Program-made: the position numbers and the translations under genes
Part shown: piece after piece, positions 49,305 to 64,000 of the stretch
Layout: each line of letters starts with the position of its first letter
Position numbering within the stretch: the first letter of the stretch is position 1
Source: Flaccisagitta enflata
Taxonomy: Eukaryota
Direction: 5' to 3'
Assembly (NCBI GenBank): GCA_965153355.1
Contig: OZ231126.1
Span: 3,720,001-3,784,000 of the forward strand
DNA length: 64,000 nt
The notes under the pieces: model-generated
Seen by the model: the letters and a program-made list of their open reading frames with translations, nothing else
The model's database searches: none
What the model was told of the DNA's origin: nothing

Positions 49305-49799
49305 CTAATGATAGCTAAATATAAAAATGGTAATTATTGACCTTTTCACAAAGAAGCTGAAAAAAAAATATAAAATCATAGAAAAACTAGGAGTTATGCA
49401 TATGAATGAACACAAAATTCATTGACGATTTTGAAAATGATGAAAGAAATCTGAGAAAATGTGATATAGTATTATTTTTTGCTAATTCAATAATGTGGAT
49501 AGTGGAATTTGAGAGTAATATTTTTACAAAATTACAGCTGGACAAATTTGGCGGGGTTTGGCGAGTTTTTGGTCATTTGATACATAAAGAAGTTGGTCTT
49601 GGCTACATGACCAAGTATGTCACATCTTTGTCAACCTTTGTCATACCGAGGAAAAAAAAATAAAAATGACGTTGGTATGGCGGAATTTTGGCACAATACT
49701 AGCTGTGTTGCCAACTTTATGTCATGTGAGATACCTAGGCCTACGGACCCAGAACTAGCTACATAATGGATATTTTTTCAATTTTTTAAATTTCTGTGT

Positions 49800-52700
49800 G
49801 ATTGTTTTGTGTCTTTATGTTACGTTATGTCTCTTTGTCTCTTTATATCTCTTTATGTTTCTTTATGTCTTTGTTTGTCTTTTTATGTCTCTTTATGTTT
49901 TTATAGCATTTTTTTATCTTTTTAGTCGCGTGCTACGCGACTCTACACCCCGCTTTGTCGGTCCCTCGGTCCGTCCGTCACACTTTACTTTTTTTGGGTT
50001 TTTGCAGTTTTTGGCCTCACTGCTCCAGCCCAAATGATGGAGTGACCTCAATTATGGCCCCTGCCCACCCGCACGCGACTGGGGTAGCCATGTATCCGGC
50101 CTTGTTATATCTCTTTACGCCTTTTTATGTCATTTTATGTTTCTCTATGTCTCTTCATGTCCCTTCATGTCTTTTTTTTGTCTTTTCATGTCTCTTTATG
50201 TTTTTTTATTTCTTTTTTTGTCTTTTTATGTCTCTTTATATCTTTTTTTGTCTTTTTATGTCTCTTTATGTCTCTTCATGTCCCTTCATGTCTTTTTTTG
50301 TCTCTTTATGTCTCTTCATGTCCTTTCACGTCATTTTTGTCTCTTTATGTCTCTTTATGCCATTTCATGTCTATTTATGTCTCTTTATGTCTCTTCATGT
50401 CCCTTCATGTTTTTTTTGTCTTTTTATGTCTCTTCATGCCTCTTTCTGTCTTTTTAAATGTCTCCTTATGCCCTTATTGTCTCTTTTTGTTTCTTCATGT
50501 CTCTTCATGTCTCTTTGTCTTTATATGTCTCTTTATGTCTCTTTGTGTCTCTTTGTGTCTCTTTGTGTCTCTTTGTGTCTCTTTGTGTCTCTTTGTGTCT
50601 CTTAGTGTCTCTTAGTGTCTCTAAGTGTCTCTTAATGTCTCTTAGTGTCTCTTAGTGTCTCTTTGTGTTTCTTTGTGTCTCTTTGTGTCTCTTCCGGTCC
50701 CTGCTTATCTCTTGATATCTCTTGGTCTTTTTTGTCATTTTTTGTCTGTTCATGTCTTTTTATGTTTTTTTATGTTTTTTAATGTCTCTTCATGTCTCTT
50801 TATGTCTCATTATGTCTCTTTTTGTCTTTTTTGGCGATTTGTGTCTCTTTTTGTCTTTTTTGTCTCTGTTTGTCTCTTTGTGTCTCTTTGCGTCTCTTTG
50901 TGTCTTTTTGTTTCTCTTTGTGTCTCTTCCTCTCTCTACATGTCTACATGTCTCAATATGTCTCAAGACGTCTCTTCCTGTTTCTTCATGTCTCTTCATG
51001 TCTCCCTTTAGCCTCTTTCTCTTTTTTTTGTTTCTTTTTGTCTCTTCTTGTCTTTTTGTGTCTCTTCTTGTCTTTTTGTGTCTCTTCATGTCTCCTCATG
51101 TCCCTTTATATCTTTAAATGTTTAAATTATCTAAACCATTAAATGAAAAGTTTAGATTAAGATTGGCATATGAAATCTTATCCATGCATAATGTTTCGAT
51201 TCACAATTATGAGAAACATAAGAAAAATTTTTCAATTTACTTTATTTTATAAAAATCATGATTTATTTAGCATAGAAAGCAAATTTTATGTTGATTCTCA
51301 ATCAGGCGTCTATAAAGTTGAGCAAAGAGTTTAGAGCTGGGGAAGAAAATAAAAAGCTAAGAAAAAAAATTGAGGCCGGATATACAGTGGAATCCCACCT
51401 TAGTGGCACCTCTATTTAAGGGATATCCGCATTTAAAAGACAACACTGTCTGGTCCCGAATTTCTTCAGGCTTTTCCAATGTTAAAAAACCTCTATTTAA
51501 GGAACCTCTATTTAAGGGATATTCGGATTTAAGAGACAAGTTTTTGAAAATATCCCTTGTATCAAGGGAAATTTTAGGTAATTTGACGGGTTTTGGAAAA
51601 AATTTGTATTTCAAAATAATTTTTTGGGAAAAGATTTGTTGCAAAAAGATGAAATACTTCCTCTGCCATGAATATCCTGCGATAAATCTAATTATTCATT
51701 GTTGATAGACATACTTAAAGCAAAAGGATGTGGTTACACTATAAATTTGGTAATCTTAACTAATATAAAAATCCTTGATAAAATGATGAATTCAATATAA
51801 GGGATTTCGGATTTAAGAGACAAAAATAGTAAGCCCCTAGAAATCCCTTAAACAGAGGTCCCACTGTACAGCCAAAACCAGTTGCTGACTGGTAGGCAGG
51901 GGCGGAAATGCGTTTTCACACAAAAAGACATAGAGACAAAAAAAGACACCAAAAGAAATGAAAAGACATAAAGAGACATTAAGAGACAAAAAACGGCAAA
52001 AACAAACAAAAAAGGACAAAAAAGACATTTAGAGACAAAAACAGACATAAAAAGACATGAAGAGACATAGAGAGACAAAAAAAGACAAAAAAAGACAAAA
52101 AGAGGCAAGGGGAGACAAGGAGAGACAAGGAGAGACAATAAAAACAACAAAAGACATAAAGAGACAAAAAAGACATGAAGAGACATAAAGAGACTTAAAG
52201 AGACAAAAAGAGGCAAGAGGAGACAAGGAGAGACAATAGAGACAACAAAAGACATAAAGAGACAAAAAAATGCATAAAGACACAAAAATGACATAATAAG
52301 ATAAAAAAGACATAAAAAGACATGGAGAGTCAAAAGAGACATAGACAGACAAAAATAAACAAAAAAACAAAAAAAACAAGCACAAACAAGAAGAGACAAA
52401 AGAGACAAAAAGAGACTTAAAGAGACATAAAAAGACAAAAAAAGACTTAGAGAGATATGAAGAGACATAAAGAGACATAAAGAGACAAAAAGAGACTAAA
52501 AAAGGCAAGAGGAGATAAGGACAAACAAAAGAGTCAACAAAAGACATAAAGAGACAGAAAAAGACATGAAGAGACATAGAGACAAAAGACAAAAAGAGGC
52601 AAAAGGAGACAAGGAGAGACAAAAGAGACAACAAAAGATATACAGAGACAAAAAAAGACATAAAAATAATCAAAAAAGACATAAAAAGACATGAAGAGAC

Positions 52701-53400
52701 AAAAAGAGACATAAAGAGACAAAAGTAAACAAAAACAAACAAGAACAAACAAGAAGAGACAAAAGAGACAAAAAGAGACATAACAAGACAAAAAAAGACT
52801 TAGAGACATGAAGAGACATAAAGAGACAAAAAGAGACAAAAAGAGGCAAGAGGAGAGGAGAGAAAAAAAGAGACAAAAAAAGACATAAAGAAACAAAAAA
52901 AGACATGAAAAGATATAAAGAGATATAAAGAAACAAAAAGAGACAAAAAGAGGCAATAGGAGACAAGGAGAGACTAAAGAGACAACAAAAGACATAAAGA
53001 GACAAAAAATGCATATAGACACAAAAAAAGATGTAAAAAGACATAAAAAAGACATGAAGAGACACAAAGAGACATAAAGAGACAAAAATATAAAAAAAAA
53101 ACAAGAACAAACAAGAAGAGACAAAATAGACAAAAAAAGACAAAAAGCCATAATGAGACATAAAGAGACAAAAAGAGACAAAAAGTGATAAAAAAAACAT
53201 GAAGAGATACAAAGAAACATAAAGAGACATCAAGAAACAAAAAGAGACAAAACACCACATAAAAAGATAAACAGAGACATTAGAGATATAAAGAGACATT
53301 AAGAGACAAAAAAAGACAAAAAGAGAAAGAGACAAAAACTAACAAAAGAGACATGAAAAGACGAGAGGTCACATGAAATGACAAGAAGAGACAAAAAGAG
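49800..53400. repeat. Two inverted low-complexity arrays: (TGTCTCTTTA)-like 49800-51115 and (AAAGAGACA)-like 51920-53400
   Basis: Direct reading; the two tracts have complementary composition and motifs. Confidence 0.85.
51385..51866. mobile_element. Tc1/mariner(pogo)-like MITE
   Basis: TA-CAGTGGAATCCC...GGTCCCACTG-TA; inserted in a HINE-like element (GGCCGGATA^CAGCC). Confidence 0.75.
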
Positions 53401-53888
53401 AAAAACAAAAACAGACAAAACCAGACAAAAACAGTTCTATTCTTAGAAACACTAAGTAAAATTTAGTTCAGTTTAGTTGAGTAGGAAAAAGAGACATGAT
53501 AAGACATGAAGAGACATAAGGAAATATAAAGAGACATAAAGAGATATGAAAAAAACCTTCAGTTGAAAAATTATCCAAATTGGACGCAATTCCAAAGAGT
53601 AGCTAGTTTGGCTTAGATTTAGCTATCTCCAAGCTCGATTTGGTAATCTCTGGTAAGGCAAGTGTCGGAAGAAGAAACTAAAACAAAAGAGCAATGCCAG
53701 AGAGGTCAAATCTGAAAATGTTTATTATTAAAACAACAACACTTAACGTCGGAATAAGGGCCTGTAAGTGTATATAGTGTATCCTTACATAGTGGAGTAT
53801 AGTTGAAAAACAAAATTATGAACTAACTCACTGTAGTTCAGAAAATAGCTCGATGTCCCTCAGCTGCTATGACAACAATTATACTGTG

Positions 53889-55182
53889 CAACCTTAGATG
53901 GGGACCGAAAGAGGATTGGAGGCCAACCTTGGTTGGGGGCAGGGGTGGGTTGAAAGTCAACCTTGGTTGGGGGCCAAAAAAGGATCCGAGGCTAACCTTG
54001 AATGGGGCCAGAAGTGGGTTGGGAGCCAACCTTAGATGGGGACCGAAAGAGGATTGGAGGCCAACCTTGGTTGGGGGCAGAGGTGGGTTGAAAGTCAACC
54101 TTGGTTGGGGGCCAAAAAAGGATCCCAGGCTAACCTTGAATGGGGCCAGAAGTGGGTTGGAAGCCAACCTTAGATGGGGACCGAAAGAGGATTGGAGGCC
54201 AACCTTGGTTGGGGGCAGAGGTGGGTTGAAAGTCAACCTTGGTTGGGGGCCAAAAAAGGATCCGAGGCTAACCTTGAATGGGGCCAGAAGTGGGTTGGAA
54301 GCCAACCTTAGATGGGGACCGAAAGAGGATTGGAGGCCAACCTTGGTTGGGGGCAGAGGTGGGTTGAAAGTCAACCTTGGTTGGGGGCCAAAAAAGGATC
54401 CATGGCTAACCTTGAACGGGGCCAGAAGTGGGTTGGAAGCCAACCTTAAATGGGGACCGAAAGAGGATTGGAGGCCAACCTTGGTTTGGGCCAGAAGAGG
54501 GTTGGAAGCCAACCTTGGTTTGGGGCCGAAAGTGGATAGGAGACCAACCTTAGATGGGGACCGAAAGAGGATTGGAAGCCAACTTGGGTTGGGGGCCGAA
54601 AGTGGATCAGAGAACAACCTTGGTTGGGGCCAGAAGAGGGTTGGAAGCCAACTTGGGTTGGGGGCCAAAAGTAGATCGAAGACCAACCTTGGTTGGAGCC
54701 AGATGAGGGTTGGAAGCCAACCTTGGTTAGGGGCCGAAAGTGGATAGGAGACCAACCTTGGTTGGGGCCAGAAATAGGTTGGAGACCAACCTTGGATGGG
54801 GCTGAAAGACGATCAGAGGCCAACTTTGGTTGGTGCGGAAGGTGGGTTGCCAGAGGTGGGTTGGAGACCAACCTTGGTTGGGGCTGAAAGAGGATCAGAG
54901 GCTAACTTTGGTTGTTGCTGAAGGTGGGTTGCCAGAAGTGGGTTGGAGACCAACCTTGGTTGGGGCTGAAAGAGGATCAGAGGCTAACTTTGGTTGTTGC
55001 TGAAGGTGGGTTGCCAGAAGTGGGTTGGAGACCAACCTTGGTTGGGGCTGGAAGAGGATCAGAGGCTAACTTTGGTAGGTGCTGAAGGTGGGTTGCCAGA
55101 AGTGGGTTGGAGACCAACCTTGATTGGGGCCAGTAGTGGGTTGGAAGCCAACCTTGGTTGGGGGCCGAAAGTGTATCCCCAA
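53889..55182. repeat. 138-bp higher-order satellite, right part, ending in CCCTAA-like repeats
   Basis: Same unit as 45190-46112, degenerating to 35-bp monomers; AACCTTAACCCTAACCCCAACCCTAA at ~55181-55206. Confidence 0.9.
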
Positions 55183-57116
55183 CCTTAACCCTAACCCCAA
55201 CCCTAATTCAAAAACCCGCTTAAGTCTTAAAAACAAAAGATTACAGATAACCATTCAACAGTACCCACTTGGTTTGTAAGAATGGCAATATTCATTGTAA
55301 GAATGGCGATATTCATAAGTAGTAACTATCTCAATTTCTCATGGCGTGTGAACGGCTTCTTGACTGATAACTAGTTATGACTGGTTGCAAAACCAAGAAA
55401 GCTAGCAAGTTATGCAAGTTAGTGACCGTTCTAGGCTGGAAGACTGATTGGGTCGATTGGATCATAAAACTTGCCCGTAAATGCCACAGCGGACAAATAG
55501 ATCTACTAAAATCAGCGACTGAGTAAGCTTTAAGGTAACAGGAACCTGGCGCCATAACGTAAAATCAACTGCTTGAATATTACAGTAATTGATACCGTAA
55601 GTAAATAATACAAAAATGAACATCGCAATCCTTGAAACAGGTGATAGAAAATAAATATTTGTAGAACAAACAGGAAATTATTATACAAAGAATCGTCACC
55701 AAAAGCGATGTCAAAATTTGCCCGTTAGAATCTTTTTTTCCCTACAAATGATTCCCCATCAAACGGATTTTAAAACGTTTAGGGCATTTGCTAGAAGGAT
55801 ACGCAAAAGTTTTAGACTCCTAAGACCCCAAAATCCTTTAGATCATTTCCGGCATGCCTAAAAGTACTAGTAGTATGCAATCTTTTAGTGTGTCAAGATA
55901 AGCAGTCACCTTTCCATTTTGGACATCAACAGCATTTACTTAAAATATCGCGCCAGACCCGGTATGTCACGGCGTGAGTTCTTGTTACATCGTCTCGACA
56001 CAGGGGTGTATATAGTTGCACGACCTTTGATTTCTTTCTTCCCCCCCCCCCCCCTTGGTCCTTTGATTTTCTTTCCGGGGGGTCAAACTACATTTGATTT
56101 TTTCCCCAAAATACCCTCTATGTAATAATATTTTGGTTTAAATGGTATATACTAGTGTTGTGGACTTGTGGTAACTAAATATTACTTATCAATAGCACTG
56201 CCAATTGCCAAAGGAGTAATATCTTCTCTATTTTTCTTCTTTTGGTTCTTCTACCCTTTGATTTCTTTACCCGTTTCCAAATCATTTTATGCAACTATAT
56301 ACAGGCCTGCCTGCCTGCCTGGACGTTCCCCGCAATTTTTAGTCGTGTGCACGCGACTCTACACCTTGGTCTGTCGGTCGATCGGTCCGTCCGTCCGTCC
56401 ATCCAAAATATTTTTGAATTTCTTATCATTTTTAACGTTTCTCAACATGTTTTAACATCTTTTAACAAATGTTTACATTCTTTAACATTTTTTAACATTT
56501 CTTAACATTTTTAAACATTTCTTAAAATTCAACCTTTTTCAATATTTCTAAAGTTTTCTTAACATTTTTTAACATTTTTTAACACTTTTTAACATTCTTT
56601 AACATTTTTTTAACTTCTTTTAACTTTTTTTAACATTCTTTACATTTCAACATGTTTTTGCTCTTTTGTTTGTCATTTCCCGGCGCACGCGACTGTTGCC
56701 CTTTTGGGCTTGTTTTCTCTCTTAATCGTTGTCGTCGTCGTCTTCGCCGTACATTCTCATAGGCATGAGGCCGATACTAACTCCACCCTCACCACCTCTC
56801 CTAATCTTTATCGTCGTCGTCTTCGCCGTACATTCTCATAGGCATACGGCCGATGCCAACTCCACCCTCACCACCTCTCCTAATTGTTATCGTCGTCGTC
56901 TTTGCCGTACATTCTCATAGGCATGAGGCCGATACCAACTCCACCCTCAACATCTCTCCTAATTGTTATCGTCGTCGTCTTCGCCGTACATTCTCATAGG
57001 CATAAGGCCAATACCGACTCCACCCTCACCACCTCTCTTAATCGTTATCGTCGTCGTCTTCGCCGTACATTCTCATAGGCATGAGGCCGATACCAACTCC
57101 CCCCTCACCACCTCTC

Positions 57117-63763
<6,647 letters not shown>

Positions 63764-63807
63764 CTGGGGAAAGACAGACAGAGAAAGAGAAACCCAGAGA
63801 GAAAGAT

Positions 63808-63887
<80 letters not shown>

Positions 63888-64000
63888 GCAAAATGTGACA
63901 TAATTGAACCCCGCTCTAAAAGATCCGCCACTGAGGGAATTCCGCTTTAAGCAAAAACAAATTCAGTCCCTGTTTTCTCTTTTATTTCCTCCTTAGGCTA

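Larger units (their letters stand above)
46113..53888. mobile_element. 7.8-kb non-autonomous Transib-like element with nested insertions, splitting the satellite
   Basis: Ends CACACTG / TACTGTG; 5-bp TSD CAACC (46108-46112, 53889-53893); the satellite register resumes exactly after removal. Confidence 0.75.

Noticed and set aside
45101-54755. ~300-345-aa repeat proteins on both strands and many hydrophobic ORFs
   Set aside because: Satellite with a unit divisible by 3 and low-complexity arrays, split by transposon insertions; no splice or domain support.
55181-55206. Telomere or interstitial telomeric site
   Set aside because: Only about four imperfect CCCTAA-like units at the end of a repeat.

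Overview
Repeat-rich, intron-containing eukaryotic (invertebrate-animal-like) DNA. Five multi-exon genes lie head-to-tail on the minus strand: KLHL18 (3' part), DNAJC5/cysteine string protein, a KCTD-like BTB/T1 gene, PSMC2/Rpt1 and PRCC. A possible coiled-coil terminal exon lies on the plus strand near 1.5 kb. I assembled exons by hand from GT-AG sites and checked their phases. The rest is non-autonomous DNA transposons (hAT-, Tc1/mariner-, Chapaev/Transib- and Helentron/DINE-1-like), satellites and microsatellites; most long ORFs in the supplied track are translations of these repeats. The most striking pattern is that tandem arrays repeatedly copy the gene's own exon-intron junction (splice site plus adjacent exon end) 2-11 times into the neighbouring intron. 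This occurs at 8 junctions in three genes, plus one array spanning a stop codon, so each real splice site sits next to near-identical decoys. Also notable: a DNAJC5 intron whose obvious donor is out of phase and is paired with an inverted copy of itself, a direct-repeat composite insertion with empty sites in the same window, a 7.8-kb nested Transib-like element, and an Illumina adapter remnant at 29.3 kb.
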